Positions 9,226-18,033 of a stretch of 64,000 bases of DNA are shown here, one piece after another. The DNA is from an uncultured Methanosarcinaceae archaeon (GTDB lineage Archaea; Halobacteriota; Methanosarcinia; Methanosarcinales; Methanosarcinaceae). The stretch is taken from positions 448,001 to 512,000 of the forward strand of contig CAWJYV010000010.1 in the NCBI GenBank assembly GCA_963847185.1, in the 5' to 3' direction. Numbering within the stretch: position 1 is the first letter of the stretch; each line of letters begins with the position of its first letter. The position numbers and the translations under genes were made by a program. Under the pieces are notes generated by a model. That model was given only the letters and a program-made list of their open reading frames with translations, had not been told where the DNA came from and did no database searches.

Positions 9226-10506
9226 TCATACACTGTTCCATAAAAGTAAAGCGAAAGCTCCAATAATTGCAATTACTACGAAGGTATTTTTTGAAATGGA
9301 AAAAAGATTATCAGAACCTGAAATTTTCGAAATAAAGGCTTTATTTATTGTACTGACAAGGCTTGCAAGCACCGCAGTGTTTGCTGCGGTTGCATAAGAG
9401 ATATTTCCACTTACTGCAAGAAGAGTTACGGAAACTATCACACCCGAACTGCTGACAAGAGCCCCAAGAGCAGTGGCGTAAATCCCTATAGTACCTCCGG
9501 TTTTATAAGCGAAGCTTCCTATGATAAGGATCAGGGTAAAAGCAATGCCGAATTTAAAGGCCTGACCAAGTGAAAAAGGAGATTCAATTTTAAGTGCCGT
9601 CCCACCCACAGGGCAGAGCTTTTGATTTCTTCTCAGAGTAGCAACTGTAGAAACAAGGAGGAGTATAAACTGGGGGGGGAGCATGTAAAGGAGCGTCTTA
9701 CCTGTAGGGTCGACTATAAGGGTCAATGCCATGTTTCGAATTAGCATAGAGATATTGCAGAGCAGGATTCCTGTAAAGACAGCACTGTCCATATCTTTTG
9801 CTTTTTTTGAAAGTCCTGCGAGTGCTGCCGTCGTAGCTTCGCTATTAACAAATCCGCCAAGGAAGCCAGAATAACATATCCCACGTGTAGTTCCGTACTT
9901 TTTCAAGAGTACATAGCTTGAGAAACTTATAAGTGAAACAAGAATTACAATAAAGATTGCATATCTGAGGTTTACAAGTCCGAAAAACTGTTTTTCCGGC
10001 ATCACCGGATAAAGTATAAAAGCTACGGCAAGAAACTGTATGGCATTGTAAAGTTCTTCTTTTGTCAGGTTTCCGGCAAACTGGTGAAGGGGTTGTTTCT
10101 GAATCAGGAGGAAAGATACAACTATTGAAGAAACAATTGCATACAGGCCATAATCATAGCCAACAAGAACTCCCATTACAAAAATAAAGAAGAGACTTAT
10201 AGGGCTGGTAACTCCTATCCGTTTGAAAAGAAAGATTTTGCAATAAGTAATTATGGAACAGATAGCTGCAAAAAATAACGTAGCTACATAAACAAAGCCC
10301 GAACCTGTCGATTCGCTCACAAGAGCAACGAGCATGCCTGTTATACAGGTTATAGTATAACTTCTGACACCAGCAAAAATCTCATGCTCAATGCCTCTGT
10401 GTTCCCTTTCTATTCCCACCAGAATTCCTATTAGAAAGGCTATGGCCAATTTTGTCATGAAATCCAGAAAAACCGGATCGAAACCAAACTCTTCAATTGT
10501 ACCCGT
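9226..10506 (-). CDS. MgtC/SapB family membrane protein with DUF4010 domain
   Basis: LVGIERE, FAGVRSY, GGFVNSEATT motifs. First ATG is at 10458; the frame extends to an RBS-preceded ACG at 10506. Confidence 0.88.
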   Translation of the reverse strand, partial: TGTIEEFGFDPVFLDFMTKLAIAFLIGILVGIEREHRGIEHEIFAGVRSYTITCITGMLVALVSESTGSGFVYVATLFFAAICSIITYCKIFLFKRIGVTSPISLFFIFVMGVLVGYDYGLYAIVSSIVVSFLLIQKQPLHQFAGNLTKEELYNAIQFLAVAFILYPVMPEKQFFGLVNLRYAIFIVILVSLISFSSYVLLKKYGTTRGICYSGFLGGFVNSEATTAALAGLSKKAKDMDSAVFTGILLCNISMLIRNMALTLIVDPTGKTLLYMLPPQFILLLVSTVATLRRNQKLCPVGGTALKIESPFSLGQAFKFGIAFTLILIIGSFAYKTGGTIGIYATALGALVSSSGVIVSVTLLAVSGNISYATAANTAVLASLVSTINKAFISKISGSDNLFSISKNTFVVIAIIGAFALLLWNSV

Positions 10507-10806
10507 AATTCAACCTCTATATACTTCTATATGTAATTCTGTTAAGCCAATAAGTATTCCTAGAGTGATTTGTATAACACGAGTAAAGTGAATAAATGAA
10601 AAATTAAAACAAAATATAATTTTATAGTAAGAATGCTCTTGCTAATTAAGATAGCCCCTGAAAGAAGAAGAAAGTTCAGAGTAAATGGGAACCTGTAAAA
10701 TTACAGGTTACTCCGAAAACTTATTATAAATTTGTTAATTCGATTGAAGTCTTTGTTTATCTTTGTTTATAATATAACCTGGATCCTTTTCGAACTGGAT
10801 TCATTT

Positions 10807-11463
10807 TTATACTTCCACGAATTCAACTTCAATTGGTTTGTCTTCTGTCTCTCTAATAGTTATAACTGCACCTGAACCCTTGCTGGCTTCTCCCGGATTA
10901 ACCACAACTGTTTTTCCAACTGCCTCTATACCTTTTGCTTCATGGATATGCCCGCAGACAATCAGGTCGACTCTGTCAAGGAATTTCTGGATAGCTTTAC
11001 TACCTACGTGCCCGAAGGGAAGTTCATCTCTGGAACCATGGGGAGGGGCATGAGTAAGGAGCACTATTGTCCCGCAGTCAGCAGAATGTTCTGCTGAGCA
11101 GACCATTCCCTCAAGAGCATTTTCTATCTCCTCTTCAGAAAGCTCAAAGGGAGTGTTGAAAGGCGTGGGGTTTGAACCTCCAAGCCCTATAAACCGGATA
11201 TTTCTTATCTGCTCGGTTTTCCCATGCAGATTTATTGCTTTTGAAGCGTCAAGGGTTTTAAGAATGCTTCTCTGATCGCAGTTTCCGGGAATTGCAAGCA
11301 CAGGTCTGTCAAACATTTCAATTAATTCATCCACTTTTTCATCAGGCCCGAAATGGGTAAGATCCCCGACAATTACGACAAGATCAAAATCTCCGGCTTT
11401 TTCCATCATTTTCTTTATTTTCGAGTAATCCCCATGAGGATCAGATATAGCTAGTATCTTCAT
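10807..11463 (-). CDS. Calcineurin-like metallophosphoesterase
   Basis: DPHG, GD, GNCD, THAPP, CGHIHE and NPG motifs. Confidence 0.93.
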   Translation of the reverse strand: MKILAISDPHGDYSKIKKMMEKAGDFDLVVIVGDLTHFGPDEKVDELIEMFDRPVLAIPGNCDQRSILKTLDASKAINLHGKTEQIRNIRFIGLGGSNPTPFNTPFELSEEEIENALEGMVCSAEHSADCGTIVLLTHAPPHGSRDELPFGHVGSKAIQKFLDRVDLIVCGHIHEAKGIEAVGKTVVVNPGEASKGSGAVITIRETEDKPIEVEFVEV

Positions 11464-11608
11464 CAGTATCCCATCTTCAAATCTTTAATCGTTATCTGCA
11501 ACCCATTTCTGCAATCTCAATTCTATGCTGTTTTCTATACAGTATAAATCTGCGCTTGCTTTTGAACATGCATACATGTTTTATATTCCTTACGTAAATA
11601 TAGTGCCC

Positions 11609-12244
11609 ATGCGCGATATCGTTATCATAGGGCATAAAGCAAAGACAAACGGCGATTTCCCTTTAAACGACCTTCCTGGTTCCGCAGGAAGAATGGATAT
11701 CCTCTGCCGCTGTGTAAGCTCTGCCCTTTTTCTTTCTTTCGGAATGCGCAGGGACGTTAACGTTCACCTGCTTCTTCTGGGAGAACCGGATCCCGGGAAA
11801 ATGATCAGATTTGAAGGGCTTCACCTGAGGTACCTTAATCCAGATGAGAGAAGCAGTGGTTCGCTTATCCAGAAAGCCCTTCAGAAAGGCGCAACAGAAC
11901 AGGATGTTCGTTCTACACCAGGAGTCTGGATTCAGAGAGGAGACCTCAAGTCCCTGCTTTCGAAGTTTGAGGGGCGAACTCTATATTATATGAGAGAGGA
12001 TGGGGAAGATATTAGAAAACTTGCCAGTGAAATCCAGGATCCGGTCTTTATTCTGGGAGACCATACAGGCGTTACTGAAGAGGAGGAAGCACAGCTTCTT
12101 GAAGCCGGAGCAAAAATTGTATCAGTAGGCCCTATTTCTCTTCATTCCAACCATTGCATAACTCTTATTCACAACGAACTGGACAGGGCTGAATTCGAAA
12201 GAGGAGAGTTGCCAGGAGAAACTGACTGCATAGTTGAAGAATAA
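11609..12244 (+). CDS. trmY: tRNA (pseudouridine-54-N1)-methyltransferase (SPOUT)
   Basis: LNDLPGSAGRMDILCRC, PDERS, FILGDHTG, SVGPISLHSNHCI; adjacent to pus10. Likely start MRDIV at 11609. Confidence 0.95.
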   Translation: MRDIVIIGHKAKTNGDFPLNDLPGSAGRMDILCRCVSSALFLSFGMRRDVNVHLLLLGEPDPGKMIRFEGLHLRYLNPDERSSGSLIQKALQKGATEQDVRSTPGVWIQRGDLKSLLSKFEGRTLYYMREDGEDIRKLASEIQDPVFILGDHTGVTEEEEAQLLEAGAKIVSVGPISLHSNHCITLIHNELDRAEFERGELPGETDCIVEE

Positions 12245-12456
12245 GCTTCAATTTCTGAATTTACTCCAATACATAAGATTATATCTGATTTCCCTGTATC
12301 AGGATAGAAATTTACCCTGCGGCATTTCCCGGACATTTATCTTTCAAAATTGGTGTGCGGATTATCCCCAGGAGCATTTGCCCGTATTCCTGATTTGTCT
12401 TTCATCTCCTGACTATTCACTCCCAGGTCTATTTCCCGAACAAAGAGTTAAAGAAA

Positions 12457-13761
12457 GTGAAACAAATGGACATACTTGAAATTTTAAAAAAGATCCTGCA
12501 TGAAGGCCCTATATGCGATAACTGTCTGGGCCGTCAGTTTGCAAAATTATCCACTGGCCTGAGCAACAGAGAACGCGGGCAGGCATTAAAACTCGCCCTC
12601 GTCCTGGAAGGGGACCGAATCTACAAAAGTGAAAATAATGACTCTCTTCTCAAGGAACTTGCACCTTGCAGCTCATTTGCAAGAAAAACTCTTGGAATAG
12701 AGGGAGAAGATGAACAGTGCTGGGTTTGCCTTGACCAGTTCAAAAAACTGAACAAATGGGCAGATGAAGCGGCAAAGGCTCTTGAAGGCCTTGAGTATTC
12801 CACATTCCTTGTAGGCACGAAGGTTAGCGGGCTACTGAGTGAAAATGAAGAGATTCTCTGGGCTGAAACAGGCACTGCATATGCCGAACAGCTTAAGACC
12901 GAACTTAACAGAGAAGTGGGAAAAAGGATTGCAGAAAAGGTTCAAAAAGATGTAGATTTCGAAAATCCTGACATTACAATCACTCTTGACCTTGCAAAAA
13001 GCAAGCTGGAGACCCAGATTAGATCCGTATATATTATGGGGCGCTACCTTAAAATGGTAAGGGGGATTCCACAGACCCGCTGGCCTTGCAGGAAATGCAA
13101 GGGTAAAGGCTGTGAAAGCTGCAATTTTACAGGCAAACAGTATCAGGAATCAGTAGATGAGCTGATCAAAAGCCCTGTAATTGAAGCTTTCCAGGCAATT
13201 GATACGGCTTTTCATGGTTCGGGCAGGGAAGATATAGACGCCCTGATGCTTGGAAGCGGCAGGCCTTTTGTAGTAGAGGCAAAATTCCCTAAAAAGCGCA
13301 GGACAGATCTTCAAGAGCTCATGAAAAGCATCAACGAGAAAGCTGCCGGAAAAGTTGAAGTAAGAGAGCTGTCTTTTGTCGGAAAGGCTATGATTGAGAC
13401 CCTGAAGAGCTCAAAGGCGGATAAAACTTATAAGCTTAAAGTTACATTTAAAGAGCCTGTTTCAGAGGAAAAGCTTAAATCCTGCCTTGAGACTTTGAGT
13501 GGCACAGAAATCTCCCAGCAGACTCCAAGGCGCGTAGTTCACAGGCGGGCTGACCTTATCCGAAAGAGATATGTACACAGCATCAGGCTTGAGGAACTGA
13601 CAGGCGACGGGACTGCTTACATAACAGTGAACTGCGAAGGCGGGCTGTATGTAAAGGAGCTTATTTCCGGAGATGAGGGCAGGACAAATCCAAGCCTTAC
13701 CGGGCTTTTAGGTGTCCCTGCACTTGTGGAAGATCTTGATGTGGTTAACGTCGATATCTGA
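12457..13761 (+). CDS. pus10: tRNA pseudouridine 54/55 synthase Pus10
   Basis: CDNCLGRQF, GIPQTRW, HGSGREDID catalytic motif, GGLYVKELISGD.GRT.PS. Confidence 0.97.
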   Translation: MKQMDILEILKKILHEGPICDNCLGRQFAKLSTGLSNRERGQALKLALVLEGDRIYKSENNDSLLKELAPCSSFARKTLGIEGEDEQCWVCLDQFKKLNKWADEAAKALEGLEYSTFLVGTKVSGLLSENEEILWAETGTAYAEQLKTELNREVGKRIAEKVQKDVDFENPDITITLDLAKSKLETQIRSVYIMGRYLKMVRGIPQTRWPCRKCKGKGCESCNFTGKQYQESVDELIKSPVIEAFQAIDTAFHGSGREDIDALMLGSGRPFVVEAKFPKKRRTDLQELMKSINEKAAGKVEVRELSFVGKAMIETLKSSKADKTYKLKVTFKEPVSEEKLKSCLETLSGTEISQQTPRRVVHRRADLIRKRYVHSIRLEELTGDGTAYITVNCEGGLYVKELISGDEGRTNPSLTGLLGVPALVEDLDVVNVDI

Positions 13762-13873
13762 ACCAGATATGAATCAGTAATAAGTGAAGTCGGGAAAACC
13801 TGGCTAAACCCTTATTAAAATGATTATCCATCTTACCTATAAAATCTGTATTAACATAGAATTAAAGAAATAA

Positions 13874-14194
<321 letters not shown>

Positions 14195-14663
14195 TCAGTT
14201 TAGCAGTTAGGTTTGAAAACCTAACCCCTTTTATCTTGAGTTTACGGTATGCAGGCCTTTTGCCGCAGGCTCTGATTCCTGCCGAAGATTTCGGTAAATA
14301 AGAGATAATGGCCTGCAACTAAATGTAAAAATTTAATATCCCTTGTAAAACCTGCTAAAAAAGCAAGCTCAGAGGGGATTAGAAAAGAACTGCTTTTTGA
14401 TGAATGAATATCTCATCCCGATATAAGAATATATGTAATTATATATCGTTTGTATAACATATACCTGACTCATATCAGGATAGTATTAGAAATAGCCCGG
14501 CTGGTCAAATATAGGCCGGATTATTCGAATACTGACTTAAGGATGTTGACAGACGAAAATACTGGCAGCCAGGAATATAAAATCATTAAAGGTTGATCAG
14601 AGTATGTCATCCTGCAGGAAATAGTAATTACTATAGTTTTTAACTCATAAAGAGTGTTTTCCA

Positions 14664-15017
14664 ATGATAGTTAAGGAAGTCCTCAACGAAGAATTATTGA
14701 CATTGGCCGAAGTCAAAGAAATGCTTTTCAAGATTGCAGATGAGCGCAGAGAGCAGGGAATAGAAGTAGGATACGGATTTAGAAAAGCCCTGCATCATGC
14801 AGATCAGTTCTCAAGAATTAGCGGGGAAAAGTCAAGGGAACTGGTTAACAAGCTGCTAGAACTTGAGAAAATGAAGCCTGTAATTGCAGTCAGGATTGCA
14901 GATATTCTGCCGCAGTCCAGAGATGAGATCAGATCAATTTATGCAAAAGAAAAATATACTCTGAGTAATGAAGAACTTGACCAGATTCTTGATTATGTTA
15001 ATGAGGCCATGGAATAA
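14664..15017 (+). CDS. rpo4: RNA polymerase subunit Rpo4 (F)
   Basis: LTLAEVKE, AVRIADILP...DEIRSIYAKE; canonical position between rpl21e and DUF655. Confidence 0.93.
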   Translation: MIVKEVLNEELLTLAEVKEMLFKIADERREQGIEVGYGFRKALHHADQFSRISGEKSRELVNKLLELEKMKPVIAVRIADILPQSRDEIRSIYAKEKYTLSNEELDQILDYVNEAME

Positions 15018-15364
15018 GTCCAGGCCAAAAGAGAATAAGCTATATAGCAGTTTTCATCTTGTTATTTATAAGGGAAGTATCCGACACTTAGAGTACTTTA
15101 AAATATCAGGGAGTACTTAACCTGAGGAATTATGAATACAGAGGATTCTTTGGGTTATGGAAAGCCTCGAGTCCGGGGATCCAGGTACAGGGTAGTCTCA
15201 AGTTTTTAAAGTCCAAAAGCTTGAAGGCAATTCGACGTGTCCGGTTATTGGGAAGAATCCTTACAGGATAGAAGTGTTGAGATAAGCTGAAAGGATCCAG
15301 GTTGGCATAGCCTGACCACAGATAATCATAATGGGGTTTCATATTATTGATAGGATGGGTGCTG

Positions 15365-16096
15365 ATGAAAGTAGATAAGTCGCAATCAGATAGACCGTAC
15401 ACTGGCAGATCAGCTGCTGAAAAACCTTCTCATAGCGGCAGGCGTCCGACAGGCAGACCGCAATCAGAAAGACAAACAGAAAGAGGAGCTCCGCGCTCAT
15501 CCGGAAAATCTATGGAAAGCTCACAGGACAGAGAAGAATACGTATGGGTTCTGGATTATCTCCCCTATGGGAAATCAGTTGACGGTACAGCATTCCAGAA
15601 AAAACCTCTTGTTCAGGCTGTAGGGGACAAAAAGTTCTCACTTATGGAACTCGTACCTAAAAATGGAGTGATTCCTTCCATCCAGTCAAGAGTCTATATC
15701 GGGCCCGGTGATAGAGAAGAAATAGACCATGTAAAGCAGAGGATAGGCTATGCTGACCTTACAACAGGGGCCAATCTTGAACTCCCTTTCATCCTTGAAG
15801 CCTGTGTCAGGTACCAGGAAGAGCGCTTCGTAAAGTTCTTTAATGACGCTCATTCGATAACCACTCGCCTGCATATGCTTGAACTTTTACCCGGGATTGG
15901 AAAAAAGTTGATGTGGTCTATTATTGATGAGCGCAAAAAAGGAGATTATAAGAGTTTCCAGGATATCCGGGAGAGAATTCCAAGCCTTCACGACCCGGCT
16001 AAGGTAATTGCCCACAGAATCGAAGACGAACTAAAGGATGACTTTATCAAGTACAGATTATTTACCATTCCACCCCGCCGCCAGAAACCTGAGTGA
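15365..16096 (+). CDS. DUF655 family putative nucleic-acid-binding protein with disordered N-terminal extension
   Basis: VLDYLPYG, RLHMLELLPGIGKK HhH motif; conserved synteny. Confidence 0.9.
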   Translation: MKVDKSQSDRPYTGRSAAEKPSHSGRRPTGRPQSERQTERGAPRSSGKSMESSQDREEYVWVLDYLPYGKSVDGTAFQKKPLVQAVGDKKFSLMELVPKNGVIPSIQSRVYIGPGDREEIDHVKQRIGYADLTTGANLELPFILEACVRYQEERFVKFFNDAHSITTRLHMLELLPGIGKKLMWSIIDERKKGDYKSFQDIRERIPSLHDPAKVIAHRIEDELKDDFIKYRLFTIPPRRQKPE

Positions 16097-16301
16097 GCAG
16101 GGTAATTACCATTCATATTTTTTGTAAAGCTCTGACTGTCTTTTCAATAACATACTCACTGTTTAATTTTTATCAGTTCAGCTTTCAGGTTCAGTTCTGG
16201 ATTTAGATTCGATTTTGGATTATTTACTTATTCACTTCCATTCATAATGCTTTAGTTTGCGTTTCAGCTTATAGTATTGCTTTATTCAGGAGGTTTCAGC
16301 T

Positions 16302-17129
16302 CTGGTTCGTTCTCTTCTAAAAAAATATAATATAAAAGGAGGCACTTTTGACCAGCATTTTCTGGTCGATGCAGGTTATCTGGATAGAATTGTAGCTGCC
16401 GCCGGACTTGAATCCGGGGATGTTGTCCTGGAGATAGGGGCAGGCGTTGGAAATCTTACTGAAAGACTTGCAAAAAAGGCAAAAAAAGTAGTCGCAGTCG
16501 AACTGGATCCTGCCCTTGTTAACGTCCTTCATGACCGCTTTGATAATGCAGGGAATATCGAGATTATTTCAGGAGATGCCTTAAAAATTGATTTTCCTGA
16601 GTTTACTAAAGTTGTCTCAAACCTCCCTTACTCCATTTCCTCAGAGATTACTTTTAAGCTCCTTCATCATAAATTCAAACTTGGTATCCTTATGTACCAG
16701 TATGAGTTTGCACTTCGTATGGTCTCTCTTCCGAATTGCAAGGATTACTCCCGTCTGACTGTCGATACTTACTATTTTGCGGAAGCTTCCATCATAATGA
16801 AAGTTCCAAAAGGAGCTTTCCAGCCAGCACCTGAAGTTGATTCTGCAGTAGTCAAACTTGTTCCCCGTCCCGCACCATTTGAAGTCCGAGATGAAGCTTT
16901 CTTCATGAATTTTGTGACTGCAGTTTTCAGCCAGCGCCGAAAAAAGCTTAGAAACGCCATCCTGAACACTAATTCCATTCTTAAAATTCCAGATATTAAA
17001 GAAGTAATCGAGCATCTCCCACAGGATTTGATGAGTAAAAGAGCTGAAAACCTGACTCCTGAACAGCTTGCCGAAGTTGCAAACGTTATAATGGACCTGA
17101 AATCAAAACAAACAAACCCAGAGCTTTAA
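16302..17129 (+). CDS. rsmA: 16S rRNA dimethyladenosine transferase RsmA/KsgA (probable CTG start)
   Basis: DQHFLVD, VLEIGAGVGNLT, VELD, GDAL, VSNLPYSIS, F.PAPEVDSAV, RRKKLRN. Frame is open from CTG 16302, preceded by GGAGG. Confidence 0.95.
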   Translation: MVRSLLKKYNIKGGTFDQHFLVDAGYLDRIVAAAGLESGDVVLEIGAGVGNLTERLAKKAKKVVAVELDPALVNVLHDRFDNAGNIEIISGDALKIDFPEFTKVVSNLPYSISSEITFKLLHHKFKLGILMYQYEFALRMVSLPNCKDYSRLTVDTYYFAEASIIMKVPKGAFQPAPEVDSAVVKLVPRPAPFEVRDEAFFMNFVTAVFSQRRKKLRNAILNTNSILKIPDIKEVIEHLPQDLMSKRAENLTPEQLAEVANVIMDLKSKQTNPEL

Positions 17130-17176
17130 AGGAATCTGATACTTTAAAAAACCTACAATTCCAAACCCGATAAATC

Positions 17177-17785
17177 ATGGTCGAAATAAAATACGGAAAA
17201 GTCCGGGTTAAGCTCGGAGATACAAACTGCGTCTACGAGCCCGCAGAAGACTCTTTTTTACTTGCCGATGCAGTTCTTAAGGAAGCAAAGCCAGGCATGA
17301 GCATCCTTGAAGTTGGAACAGGGTCGGGTTTTGTATCTGCTGTACTTCTTGCAAACCTGAAGGATATTAGCCTTCTTGCCACAGAAATTAATCCCCATGC
17401 TGCCTTATGCGCGAAAAAAAATGGTGTTGAGGTTATCCGGACAGATCTTTTCAGAGGAATCAGGCCTAAAGACCCAAAAGCCCTATTTGATCTTATCCTC
17501 TTTAATCCGCCCTATCTTCCCACTTCTAAGGAAGAAAAAGTTCCGGGCTGGTTGAATTATGCTTTTGACGGCGGGATCAGCGGGAGAGAAACTCTGGATA
17601 GATTTCTGGATGAAGTAAGGGACTATCTCAGGCCAGGAGGAAAGATTCTTATGCTTATCTCTTCGATTACCGGGCTTGAGGCTGTAAGGGAGAAAATGGA
17701 AGATATGGGCTTTGAAGTTGGAATTATAGAGAGAAAAAAGATTTCATTTGAAGAGTTAATGGTGGTCAGAGGAAAACTTACTTAA
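17177..17785 (+). CDS. HemK2/MTQ2-family protein methyltransferase
   Basis: VYEPAEDSFLL, LEVGTGSG, FNPPYLP, DGG.SGRE. Confidence 0.93.
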   Translation: MVEIKYGKVRVKLGDTNCVYEPAEDSFLLADAVLKEAKPGMSILEVGTGSGFVSAVLLANLKDISLLATEINPHAALCAKKNGVEVIRTDLFRGIRPKDPKALFDLILFNPPYLPTSKEEKVPGWLNYAFDGGISGRETLDRFLDEVRDYLRPGGKILMLISSITGLEAVREKMEDMGFEVGIIERKKISFEELMVVRGKLT

Positions 17786-18033
17786 AATTTCGGAAAATAT
17801 TTCTTGGAAAACAGTTCTGGGAAAACAGTTCTGGGAAAATATTTCTTTTAGATCTTTTATAGCTAAAAACTTTGAAATTTTTCTAGATCTTAACCTTTTA
17901 GAATTTCTTCATACAAAATTCTATATCTGATTAATGAATTAATTACCCTCTTGAATATTATATTTAAGACTGGCAGATCGTAAACGCTTTTAATTCAAAA
18001 GCGTTTGCCTGATTAACTGGAGATAAAAACTGG

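Noticed and set aside
11525-11608. N-terminal extension of trmY in the ORF track
   Set aside because: It runs through the divergent promoter region; the conserved sequence begins at MRDIV (11609).
16692-17129. Apparent truncated rsmA pseudogene (145 aa in the ORF track)
   Set aside because: The frame is intact upstream to CTG 16302; the truncation is an artefact of the start-codon rules.
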